64,000 nucleotides of DNA from positions 43,722,464 through 43,786,463 of the forward strand of contig NC_043011.1 in the NCBI RefSeq assembly GCF_006345805.1, in the 5' to 3' direction. Below, in pieces: positions 1 through 11,562 of the stretch. The translations under genes and the position numbers were made by a program. Every line of letters starts with the position of its first letter. The first letter of the stretch is position 1. The DNA is from Octopus sinensis. Taxonomy: Eukaryota. The notes below the pieces were generated by a model. That model was not told the origin of the DNA. It saw only the letters and a program-made list of their open reading frames with translations, and did not search any database.

Positions 1-107
1 TGACTTTACCTTTCATCTTTTCGGGTTCGATAAAATTAGTACCAGTGAAACACTGGGGTCAATGTCCCTTTCCCCAAATTTGAGGCCTTGTGCTTCCAGT
101 AGAAAGG

Positions 108-145
<38 letters not shown>

Positions 146-156
146 CATCACTATCA

Positions 157-456
157 CATGCTTTCACTGCACTACTGAGCGCAGCTCTGTGTGCCTTGGG
201 TATGTACTGTGGTTTGTTGTGATGCTCTTATGGTTACTGTATTGAGAGTGGGAGGAGGTGCCGGAGTGGCTGTGTGGTAAGTAGCTTGCTTACCAACCAC
301 ATGGTTCTGGGTTCAGTCCCACTGCGTGGCATGGCACCTTGGGCAAATATCTTCTACTAAAGCCTCATGCCAACCAAAGCCTTGTGAGTGGATTTGGTTG
401 ATAGAAACTGAAAGAAGCCCGTCGTATATATGTATATATATGTGTGTGTTTGTGTG

Positions 457-503
<47 letters not shown>

Positions 504-835
504 ATATGTTTGTGTGTTTGTGTTTGTCCCCTCAACATCGCTTGTCAACCGATGCTGGTGTGTTTACATTTCCGTAACTTAGTGGTTCGGCAAAAGAGAC
601 CGATAGAATAAGTATTATGCTTACAAAGAATAAGTCCTGGGGTTGATTTGTTCGACTAAAGGCGGTGCTCCAGCATGGCCGCAGTCACATGACTGAAACA
701 AGTAAAAGAGTAAAAAAAATAAGAGTAAAAGAGTGTTTTATGTAGGATGTGTGTGGTGCCTAGAATTGCTATTTTCTGTGTTATATATCTTTGTAAGTCC
801 TGATGTTTTTGTTATGTATTTGTCTGAATTTTTTC
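157..835 (-). mobile_element. R4/Dong-clade 3' end split by a SINE
   Basis: Minus strand reads roughly QKIAILGTTHILHKTLSIQ* across the SINE insertion. GAGTG is duplicated on either side of the SINE. Confidence 0.65.
257..733 (+). mobile_element. tRNA-derived SINE family A with an internal (TA)/(TG) microsatellite; at least 14 copies in the window
   Basis: Head TGGCTGTGTGGTAAG..GGTTCAGTCCC, CCTTGGGCAAGT core, tail GCTCCAGCATGGCCGCAGTCAAATGACTGAAACAAGTAAAAGAG. Copies near 4765(+), 5880(+), 7195(-), 15931(+), 26172(+), 27148(-), 36890(-), 37056(-), 38862(+), 44527(-), 47240(-), 50100(-), 50575(+) and 52254(+). Confidence 0.9.
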
Positions 836-1406
836 AAAATTTAATCTAAAAACATTGAAAAACTTCAAATATGTAATTCCCTTTGGAACACAGGGTCTTG
901 AAGCGCACAAAGTAAATATTGGGTAAAAAACGCCCTGAACTCAGACCCACATCTGTAAATATGACAGCTGTTCTACCATTGGACCAAAGTAATCCTTTGG
1001 ATTTTTCTGTGCATTTGAGAAACTTTATACTCACCAATGCGAATTGTAAGATGTTGATGTCATGAAAATTGAGAAATTTCAAGAGAATGTAATGTAATTC
1101 TTTTTGGAATGCAGGATCTCAAAGCAAATAAACTATAGACAATAGTGTGTAAATATCTGGTTAAAAAGAAAAAAAGACATTGATAGAAAATGTCGTAGTC
1201 TACCTGTAGGACTTAAACCCACATCTTGTGTAAACATGACAGGCTTTCTACCATTGGAGCAAAACAATCCTTTGAATTTCTCTATACATTTTAAGAAACT
1301 TTGTTATTATCAGTGAATATTTTTTAATTAATTTACACAATTTTTAACTGAAAAATCAAAATTTTTTTAACATTTTAATTTTTTTCTCTTTATTTTTTTG
1401 CTTCAG

Positions 1407-1496
1407 TAGTTGTAATGGTTCAGATTCATCTCAGCCACGACCCGTGTGCCTCTCCTTTGGACATTCAGTTGAAGGGGTGTTACAAAAGGGACCCCA
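1407..1496 (+). CDS. ACTMAP: Actin maturation protease (C19orf54/UPF0692) homologue, internal exon; upstream exons lie outside the window
   Basis: Acceptor tttttttgcttcag, donor CA|gtaagt. Reads SCNGSDSSQPRPVCLSFGHSVEGVLQKGP(Q) and joins the next exon in phase to give GPQCG. Confidence 0.85.
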
Positions 1497-1913
1497 GTAA
1501 GTATTTTCTAGAGAATGACTTTTATTCTTTATTCATAAACCTTTAGATTCCATGTCTTGTAATACTCAATACGCTCAACTAACTAACCAAGTAATTATTC
1601 ATGTGGTCAGTTGGTCAGTCTCAGTCTTGTGTCCAGTTTGTGGTCAGTCATATGACCCATGTTGATCTACTGGTCAGTAACAAATTGTTTGGTTTGTGGT
1701 CAGTCACGTAACCGATGTTAATTCTAATGGTCAGTGATAAATTACCTGGCTATCAAGTGGTCAGTGACATAATCTTTGCCAACTGTCCAGTTCTCAGTCC
1801 ATTACATTGTTACTGGGAAAAGAGGTTTACCTCTTTCAAAGTCTCTGATGCAACTTTCTAAAGTAACCATCCATCTTTCTGTCTGTCTGTCTGTTTCTCA
1901 TGCAATCTTGCCT

Positions 1914-1972
<59 letters not shown>

Positions 1973-2887
1973 CTCATACATGTGCACATGTACATACATG
2001 TATACATATACACATGTGGATGTGAAAGCACATGGCTCAGTGGTTAGAGTACCGAGTTCCCAATCATGAAGAAGTGAGTTCGATTCCTGGACCAGGCTGC
2101 ATGTTGTGTTCTTGAGCAAGACTCTTTATTTCACATTGTTCCAGTTCACTCAGTTGTAGAAATGAGTTGCAGCATCACTGGTACCAAGCTGTATCGGCCC
2201 CTTTGCCTTTCTCCTGGATAACATCGGTGGTGTGGAGAGGGGAGGCTGGTGTGCATGGGCAGCTGTTGGTCTTTCAGAAACAACCGTGCTTGGACTTGTG
2301 CCTTGTAGGGAAACTTTCTAGGTGCAATCCTATAGTCATTTATGATCAAAGGGGCTTGTTACTCTTTACCCTTCACCATGCACACACACACACACAAACA
2401 TGCACATAAACATAAACACACACATACACTCACACATACACATGCACATACACACACACACAAACACACACACATATACACACACATACACGCACACATA
2501 CAAACACTCACATATACACACGCACAAACACACACATACACATACACATGCACACACACAAACACACACATACAAACACACATATACACACACAAACGTA
2601 CACAGACACATACACACACGCACACACACATACAAACACACACATACACACACAAACACACACACATATATACATGCACACACAAACATGCACATACACA
2701 CATACACAAACATGCACATACACACATACACACTCGCACGCACACACACACATACACACACACACGCACACACACATACCTAGATTCATATCCACACATC
2801 AGTAGCAATGCATTGATATATCAACAACAAATCAAAAAAACTCAGCATTTCTTGGACCTTCCTATAAACAAAAGAGAATATTTTCAG

Positions 2888-3009
2888 GTGTGGCTTTGCG
2901 GCCCTCTACATGGGTGCACGTCTTTGGAAGATGGACAGTTTTTCACTTGATCGACTGGTCAACATTGGTCAGCAGAAAGGATACACCATTCAAGGAGAAC
3001 TGTTTTCAG
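2888..3009 (+). CDS. ACTMAP: ACTMAP homologue exon carrying the predicted catalytic Cys (QCG)
   Basis: Acceptor ttttcag, donor G|gtcagt. QCGFAALYMGARLWKMDSFSLDRLVNIGQQKGYTIQGELFS matches the recalled vertebrate pattern QCGLVALWMA...GYTAQGEMFS. Confidence 0.92.
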
Positions 3010-3055
3010 GTCAGTATATCTATGTATCTATCTATCTATCTATAATTATATATTA

Positions 3056-3154
<99 letters not shown>

Positions 3155-3291
3155 ATATATATATATGTATATATATATATATGTATAATGTATATATAAT
3201 CCCCCCTCTTTCTCTATCTATAATATATATATATATATATCCCCCTTTCTCTCTCTCTCTCTCTCTTTCTCTCTGTCTATTTATCTATCTA

Positions 3292-3812
3292 GAATGTATC
3301 TGGTGGACGCATCTGAAAGGATTGGAGACAAACACTTTCCTCTCTGATCAATCTCTCATCAACTTCTTCAAGTATCACTTGAAAAGGAAAGTGAGAGTAG
3401 AGAGGCAAGTTTTGTCTAGCGAACGTTTCAAAAAAAGATGGGTGAATGTAGTAAGGATGGCACATATGAATGACAAAGCCACGTTGAGCATAATCCTATG
3501 AACCCGGAAAAATTTAAAACAGAGGGTTACTTACTTGCAAACAAACGTGTAAACATGTGACATTATTGACCGAGGTTACCGTGGTCTTTTCCGTAGGCTT
3601 TTCTTCCCATGAATAAACCTTATCTGCTTTCCCCTTTAAACTTTACATCATGACATTTCTGGGATACACGATTCTTATTGATCATTTTTTTTTTCTTTTA
3701 TGATCCCTTTTGATCGAAAACCTACCCCAGTTTTTTTTTCTCCCCAAAAAGAAAAGCTCTACTTTGTAATCTGTTCCTTCTGTGTGCAGCCCTGTGTGGC
3801 TAATAAAGAAAC
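3292..3812 (+). mobile_element. L1/Tx1-clade LINE 3' end; a related minus-strand fragment lies at about 16460-16750
   Basis: IWWTHLKG...LINFFKYHLKRKVRVER...FKKRW is homologous to the element at 25 kb. The 3'UTR ends CCCTGTGTGGCTAATAAAGAAA. Confidence 0.75.
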
Positions 3813-5688
3813 ATATCTATCTATCTATCAATTTATCTACACCAAAATCCGTGCAGAAGAAACAGCATTGTTTATATTTTATTATTATTTTTATAATTTG
3901 TATATATTTATTTTATTATAAATGCTAAACAACACCATAGAGGAATCGACATAAGCTTAAATACTAAACCACAATAGGTGAACCATGATAGGTGAACTGC
4001 GATATGGCGAGGGTTGGAGATATACTTTGCTTGAGAAGACCCAGCAAGCCAAGTGAGACTGTAGTTGTGGCCTATACCAGTGTTGTATAGCAGGCCCATT
4101 TAAGAGTATTTGTCAGTCACTGGGAAAAATGCTGTGCTTGAGAAGACATGTTGAGTCAAGTGAAATCATTGTCATGACTGATGTCAGTACCTATTTATTT
4201 ACTACTCACAAGGGGCTAAACATAGAGGGGACAAACAAGGACAGACAAACGGATTAAGTCAATTACATTGACTCCAGTGCGTAAATGGTACTTATTTAAT
4301 CGACCCCGAAAGGATGAAAGGCAAAGTCGACCTCGGCAGAATTTGAACTCAGAATGTAACAACAGACGAAATACCGCTAAGCATTTCGCCCGGCGTGCTA
4401 ACGTTTCTGCCAGCTCGCCGCCTGCACCGTCTGACTGGCACCTGTGCTGGTGGCACGTAAAAAGCACCATTTGAGTGTGGTCATTGCCAGTGCTGTCTCA
4501 CGGGCTCCTGTGCTGGTGGCACATAAAACGTGCCATTGGAATGTGATCCATACCAGTGCTACCTGACTGGCTCCTGTACCAGTTTCATGTAAAAAGCACT
4601 CACTACACTCTTGGAGTGATTAGTGTAAGGAAGGGCATCCAGCTGTAGAAACCTGGCCAGATCAGATTGGAGCCTGGTGCAGCCTCCTGGCTCGATGGTC
4701 CTCAGTCAAACCATCCAACCCATGCCAGCATGGAAAGCGGACGTTAAACGATGATGATGATGATGTGGCTGTGTGGTAAGCAGCTTGCTTACCAACCACA
4801 TAGTTCCAATTTCATTCCCACTGCGTGGCACCTTGGGCAAGTGTCTTCTACTATAGCCTCAGGCCGACCAAAGCCTTGTGAGTGGATTTGGTAGACGGAA
4901 ACTGAAAGAAGCCCGTCGTATATATGTGTATATATATATATATATATATAATATATATATATATATATGTATATGTATGTGTCTGTATATGTTTGTGTGT
5001 CTGTTTGTCTCCCAACATTGCTTGACAACCGATGCTGGTGTGTTTACGTCCCCGTAACTTAGCGATTCGGCAAAAAAGACCGATAGAATAAGTACTAGGC
5101 TTACAAAGAATAAATCCTGGGGTCGATTTGCTCGACTGAAGGCGGTGCTCCAGCATGGCCGCAGTCAAATGACTGAAACAAGTAAAATAGAAAAAAAAAA
5201 TAAAAAGAGAATATATTTATATCATTGAAGAAGCACAAGATTTAGAAGTCAGCTGCTTTAAGTTTCATGCTTTGGTAGCAGTAGTACAGTAATCAGACGA
5301 GCTTGTATAGTGAGTGTGCCATTGGCCTATCCTGCCCTGCAATTATTCAGCTACAAAATTAACACTGCTGTTCTCTGAAAAAAAGTGAGAAACAATGAGA
5401 AAAAACACGAGCAAGAGACCAGCTGTGTTTATGTTAAGGTTGAAAAATTACAGATAGTATATGGCATGCTATACAACCTCGTATGCTTACTGTTCTATCC
5501 AAGCATGAAATTTATAACAGCTTACATTTAAATATTTTTTTATATTAAATGATATTTATTTTTCACAGGCTGGGGTAAATTTTTTTTTGTTGATCCTGGT
5601 GCGGGTCACACTCTTGCCAGCTCTTGTGAGGTCATCCAAACCAGATATTAACTAATGATGATGATGATTATAATGATACACATACACA

Positions 5689-5738
<50 letters not shown>

Positions 5739-5801
5739 CTATAATTATATGTATTTCTATACACACACACACAGACACACATACATGTCACCTGCACACA
5801 G

Positions 5802-5836
<35 letters not shown>

Positions 5837-6133
5837 TGTATATATATGTATATATGTATATACATCTATGATATCTACGTATGTGTCTGTGTTTGTTCCC
5901 CAACATCGCTTGACAACTGATGTTGGTGTGTTTATGTCCCCATAACTTAGTGGTTCGGCAAAAGTGACCGACAGAATAAGTACTAAGCTTACAAAGAACA
6001 AATCCCGGGGGTCGATTTGCTCGACTAAAGGCAGTGCTCCAGCATGGCCACAGTCAAATGACTGAAACAAGTAAAACAAGTCATGCTATCTAATATTTCT
6101 TTGTTTCTTTCCTTCTTGTTTTCCTTCAAACAG

Positions 6134-6251
6134 CTTACTTTATGGAAGACCTCGCTCGAGAATTCTGCTACTCCCAAGTGGTTGACACGGCTAAACTTTG
6201 TCTCAACGTCATCTGGGAATGTCTCCTGCAGGGATATCTCATACTTGTGCC
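6134..6251 (+). CDS. ACTMAP: ACTMAP homologue exon ending at a U12-type donor
   Basis: Acceptor ttccttcaaacag. Reads AYFMEDLAREFCYSQVVDTAKLCLNVIWECLLQGYLILVP. Donor CC|gtatccttt. Confidence 0.9.
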
Positions 6252-6270
6252 GTATCCTTTACCTCATACT

Positions 6271-6305
<35 letters not shown>

Positions 6306-6506
6306 ACCACAGGCTTTGATGCAGCTGTGACCATCAGACATAATAAGTATCTAAGACTACAGTATCCAATGTGTCCTTCCTATTTTCTCTTTAAGAAGGC
6401 ACGAAGAAATGAATGAACAGAGATTTGTTTCTAGCCAGGCTGAATGACCACAAAAAGTTACTTCAAAATACTACTACTACTACTGTTGCTGGCACTACTG
6501 CCACTG

Positions 6507-6550
<44 letters not shown>

Positions 6551-6572
6551 GGCACCACTGCCACCACTGCCG

Positions 6573-6628
<56 letters not shown>

Positions 6629-6674
6629 GTATATATTTATGTCTGCACATTTATTCCTTAACTAATGTCATCAG
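6252..6674 (+). other. U12-type (minor spliceosome) GT-AG intron
   Basis: 5' site GTATCCTTT at 6252, branch site TTCCTTAAC at 6654-6662, AG at 6673-6674, no polypyrimidine tract. Splicing restores the conserved LVP/YD junction. Confidence 0.92.
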
Positions 6675-6745
6675 TTATGATTCTGACAAAAACTACCAAC
6701 CGTGTCTGAAGAGGGGACATAAGGCCCACTGGTCACTTCTCACAG
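6675..6745 (+). CDS. ACTMAP: ACTMAP homologue exon with the GHKAHW motif (predicted catalytic His)
   Basis: Reads YDSDKNYQPCLKRGHKAHWSLLT(G). Donor G|gtaagt. Phases match both neighbouring exons. Confidence 0.93.
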
Positions 6746-6821
6746 GTAAGTTCTCTCCCTCTCTCTCTCTTTCTGTCTTTGTTTTTATCTTTGTCTTTGT
6801 ATATTCTATTGATGGTGGTGC

Positions 6822-6963
6822 CAGGGCCAGCTCAAGGTATTGACAACTTAGGCAATCACCTGGGGTATGATGTACTAAAGACAAGGAAATTTCCATGACT
6901 GTCGGCTTGTACACACTGAAGTTCAGCTTGCTCGGGGTGCTAGCAACCCTAGGGCTGGCCCTG
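6822..6963. mobile_element. hAT-type MITE
   Basis: TIR CAGGGCCAGC/GCTGGCCCTG and an 8-bp TSD GGTGGTGC/GGTAATGC (6 of 8 match). Confidence 0.75.
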
Positions 6964-9392
6964 GGTAATGCTGCCATAGCAGTCATCATCATCATCATCT
7001 TCATTGATTATCATCATAACCATCACCAACATTACACACCAACATCAACTGATTGCAATTAGTACCCGACTGATGTGGTTCAGTCTCAGGCCATAGACCA
7101 CTGTCCACCAATCAGTCCACCTGGCTGTCGTTAACAGGTACCTGATTAACTCTTTAGCATTCAGATTACTCTGTCAAATGTAAAGCTAATCTCTCTCTTA
7201 CTTGTTTCAGTCATGTGACTGTGGCCATGCTGGAGCACCGCCTTTAGCTGAGCAAATTTACCCCAGGACTTATTCTTTGTAAGCCTGGTACTTATTCTAT
7301 CGGTCTCTTTTGCCGAACCGCTAAGTTACAGAGATGTAAACACACCAGCATCAGTTGTCAAGTGATGTTGGGAAGACAAACACAGACACACAAACACATA
7401 TGTATATATACATATACATATATACGATAGGCGTCTTTCAGTTTCCGTTTACCAAATCCACTCACAACGCTTTGGTCAGCCCGAGGCTATAGTAGAAGAC
7501 ACTTGCCCAAGGTGCCATGCAGTGGGACTGAACCCAGAGCCATGTGGTTAGAAAGCAAGCTACTTACCACACAGCCACTCCTGCGCCTAATCTATTCGCC
7601 TTGTTTTGAATTAATCTCGTAGCTTCAAGATTCCATTAATGGGATTGTTATTTCTAGAATAAAAGTAAAGTTACCTTTTGGAGTCATGCTGACTCATAAG
7701 GGCTGACTCTCGGTTTCCATGGCATGTATATTCTCCATCTGGATAGGATGCTGGTTGGTCACAGGATTATTAAGGTGACGAGCTGGCAGAATCGTTAGCA
7801 TGCCGGGCGAAATGCATAACGGTATTTTGTCTGCCACTATGTCCTGAGTTCAAATTCCACCGAGGTCGACTTTGCTTTTCATCCTTTCAGGGTCGATTAC
7901 ATAAGTACCAGTTACACACTGTTGTCGATATAATCGACTTAATCCGTGTGTCTGTCCTTGTTTGTCCTCTCTGTGTTTAGCCCGTTGTGGGTAGTAAATA
8001 AATAGGTATTTCGTCTGCTGCTACTTTCTGAGTTCAAATTCCGCTGAGATTGACTTTGCCTTTCATCCTTTCGGGGTCGATAAAATAAGCACCAGTTACA
8101 CACTGGGGTCGATATAATCGGCTTAATCTGTTTGTCTGTCCTTGTTTGTCCCCTCTGTGTGTAGTCCCTTGTGGGCAGTAAAGAAATAAGGATGCTGGTT
8201 GGTCACAGGATTATTAATTTTTGCCAGTTGAATGGACTGGAGCTATGTGAAATGAAGTGTCTTGCTCAAGGACACAATGCATAATCGGGACCAGTTATAC
8301 ATGATCTTCACAATGGTGCACCCTTTCACTGACCCTTCAAATATAAGCCATAGGACAACAAATTCCCTGATGATCAGAAAATGTGCTGTTCTTGAGACTA
8401 GAGACCGGCCAGGTACCAATGCCATGTTGACCATTACCGCGGTTATTGCCTGCTTGTTTGTTCCTTCTCAAGCAACGCCTGGCTCATAAGGGCCAGTTTC
8501 CTGGTTTCATTGGCGTATAGGTTCCCCACCTAGATGGGATGCCGGTCCATCGCAGGTGAGCTGCTTGATGCAGGAGGAAAGAGTGAGAGAAAGTTGTGGC
8601 GAAAGACTCAGCAAAAGTTTGCCATTACCTTCTGCTGGAGCTGCGTGGAGCTTAGCTGTTTTGCTCATAAACACACACATCGCCCGGTCTGAGATTCGAA
8701 CCCACGATCCCTCAACCGCGAGTCCGCTGCTCTAACCACTAGGCCATGTGCCTCCACTGCTTCCCTAATACATTCCAAATATCTGGCAATGTTAACATCC
8801 CTCAGATGCCAAGACAAAAGCACAGACCTCTAACGTCAGTTTGCAACGCACGTTTAAACTCCTTTATTTTGCGCATGCACCAGCTTTCCCTGTGGTTTCT
8901 TTCCCCTTCGACTTGTGTCCAGTACTAACTGCACGCACTGCCTCTATAACGGTTGTATCTTTTATCATGAATTGAAATTACAATCTTATGATCATGAGTC
9001 CAACACCCCTAACCACTAAGCCATGTGCCTCTACAAAAGTCATGCCGGCTCATAAGGGCATGTTTCCCAGTTTCCATGATGTATATATTTCCCACCTGGA
9101 GAGGACGCCAGTCCATCGCAGGGTTACTCATTGGTGCCAGCTCAAGAACACGACATGTCACCCAGTCTAATGATCATGAGTCAAATACCCTAACCACTAA
9201 GCCATGTGCCCCCACTTATTTCTAGAATGACATTGTAGGACTGGTGTGAGAGGCTGAATCTGGCCAGTTTGAATATAAAACAGATAGAATATTTGGGCTG
9301 GATACGGCTGGTTTAAACGCTAAAGAGCAGTTTCAAACCACAGTTAATGAATCACTGTAATTGGTCGTTAGTTATAAGGTCCCAGGTGAAGG

Positions 9393-9818
9393 TTCTTGTC
9401 TCAGAGCACAAGTTGGCTCACCAGAAATAGGCCTTTGTTTGTCTCAGAGCACAAGTTGGTTCACCAGAAATAGGCCTTTCCTGTCTCAGAGCACAAGTTG
9501 GTTCACCAGAAATAGGCCTTTCCTGTCGCAGAGCACAAGTTGGTTCACCAGAAATAGGCCTTTCTTGTCTCAGAGCACAAGTTGGTTCACCAGAAATAGG
9601 CCTTTCTTGTCTCAGAGCACAAGTTGGTTCACCAGAAATAGGCCTTTCCTGTCTCAGAGCACAAGTTGGTTCACCAGAAATAGGCCTTTCTTGTCTCAGA
9701 GCACAAGTTGGTTCACCAGAAATAGGCCTTTCCTGTCTCAGAGCACAAGTTGGTTCACCAGAAATAGGCCTTTCCTGTCTCAGAGCACAAGTTGGTTCAC
9801 CAGAAATAGGCCTTTCTT
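9393..9818. repeat. Minisatellite, about 10 x 42 bp, nearly perfect
   Basis: Unit TGTCTCAGAGCACAAGTTGGTTCACCAGAAATAGGCCTTTCY, head-to-tail with no spacers. Confidence 0.97.
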
Positions 9819-9921
9819 ACTCTCCAAAACAAATCCCACCAAAAATTTTGATATTTGTTTATTTATTCAATTTCTAATTTTTTCTTCCTTTCTTTTTTTT
9901 TTTTTTTAAATATTTTTCTAG

Positions 9922-10259
9922 GTTGTTTCATAGTTTTGAAACATTCCTGCAAGCCGTTTCTGCAGAATTGTTTCGAGCAAGATTTAGATGAGCCGTCGTT
10001 GTTTCACACAGACATCGACGAAGATCATATCGATCCAGAAGTACGGAAGAATCTAGTTAATAACATTGAAGAAATATTTGTTTATACAATGCAGGGTAAG
10101 AGTCGAAGGCCTGGAATATGGTCCCTTAGGGATCTTTTTGCCAGCAACCAGAACCTCATACAAGTAAGTCCAGTACGAAATAATGAAACATATGTGATAC
10201 CGCCCAATGGCATCGAGAATGAACTTTGTGGTAAAATTGTACTGTTGAGGCCAAAATAA
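9922..10259 (+). CDS. ACTMAP: ACTMAP homologue terminal coding exon
   Basis: Acceptor tatttttctag. Reads GCFIVL...QGKSRRPGIW...SNQNL...YVIPPNGIENELCGKIVLLRPK*, with the family motifs QGKS, SNxxL, YVxPxxG and LCG. Confidence 0.93.
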
Positions 10260-10842
10260 GCCTGATACCAAAATTTGGCAATATTTGCCTGGTCCCCACC
10301 CCGGTTCGTTCGTCCCCGCTCACGCACATATAAGGCCGATTACTTATCTTCATCCTTCCACCCTCACCTTCCTCCCACACCTGTCTATTATTTTTTTTTA
10401 ACATTTCTTGCCACCTCTTCCTTTATATCTAACTGCCATACATTTCTCATCTATTCTAGTCTTCCTAACTATAATGCACACACATATGTATATACATACA
10501 TACATATATGTACACACACATACACATACATATATATATATAGATATATATGTATATATATATCATCATATATATATATATATTAGGAAGGGCATCCAGC
10601 TGTAGAAACTCTGCCAGATCAGATTGGAGCCTGGTGCAGCCATCTGGTTCGCCAGACCTCAGTCAAATCGTCCAACCCATGCTAGCATGGAAAGCAGATG
10701 TTAAACGATGATGATGATGATACATTAAATATATAGGGTGGCGAATATTTTTAGAAATTTCACTACCAGTGGCCAAGCATGTATAAAAAGTCAATAGACA
10801 ACATAGTCTCAATATAAAATAGTGTACATTTAGACACAAGAG

Positions 10843-10964
10843 AAAACGACCAAAACCACATTTAAGAGCAATTTTCGAAGGGAATGAAAAATAAAAACTT
10901 TTACTGTGTGTGTTATTTTTCATTCCCTTCAAAAATTGCTCTTAAATGTGGTTTTGGTCATTTT
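10843..10964. repeat. 52-bp-arm hairpin downstream of the ACTMAP stop
   Basis: 10843-10894 versus 10913-10964, with two mismatches. Confidence 0.9.
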
Positions 10965-11000
10965 GACTGCTTCTTCTAGCATGTAAAAATTACCTGTTAA

Positions 11001-11216
11001 CCCTTAGCATTCAGATTATTCTGTCAAATGTAAAGCTTATGTGTTCACACCATGTAAAATTAATCTTGCATCATTTCATGGCTTTGAGATTTCAATGATG
11101 TTATTGTTTATTTTCAAATGACACAATAAGGTAGCTATGAATGACCATATGACTAGTTTGAACATAAAATAGGTAGAATATTTTGGCCGGATATGGCCGG
11201 TTTAAACACTAAAGGG
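11001..11216. mobile_element. piggyBac-like TTAA MITE; other copies at 7150-9327 (interrupted), 21885-22110 and about 54590-55190
   Basis: TTAA|CCCTTAGCATTCAG...CTAAAGGG termini and a shared body of about 220 bp. Confidence 0.75.
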
Positions 11217-11311
11217 TAAAGGAGTTTTCCCTTGTGTTTAAATGTACACTATTTTATATATATATGTATATATATATATATATATTCATATGCATATATT
11301 ATAGCATATAG

Positions 11312-11346
<35 letters not shown>

Positions 11347-11531
11347 TATGATATATATATGTATGTTCACGTATTGCTAATACCAAAGTTGTTAAACATG
11401 TAAGAGAACACGAAATAAATCTTTCAAAACTAGAGCTCAAAGCGTACAAAGCTATAAACAATAACATATAAATATTGGAGTGAAACACTCTCTTGGATAG
11501 AAAACGTTGTGTGTGTGTGTGTGCATGCATC

Positions 11532-11562
<31 letters not shown>

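Noticed and set aside
2342-2950. His/Thr-rich, Tyr/Ile-rich, poly-Leu, poly-Val and poly-Arg ORFs throughout the track
   Set aside because: Translations of (CA)n, (TA)n, (CTA)n and (CTT)n microsatellites.
9393-9818. CRISPR array, or a 182-aa repeat protein (ORF 9361-9909)
   Set aside because: Units are contiguous with no unique spacers, the context is a eukaryotic intron, and the ORF is open only because 42 is divisible by 3.
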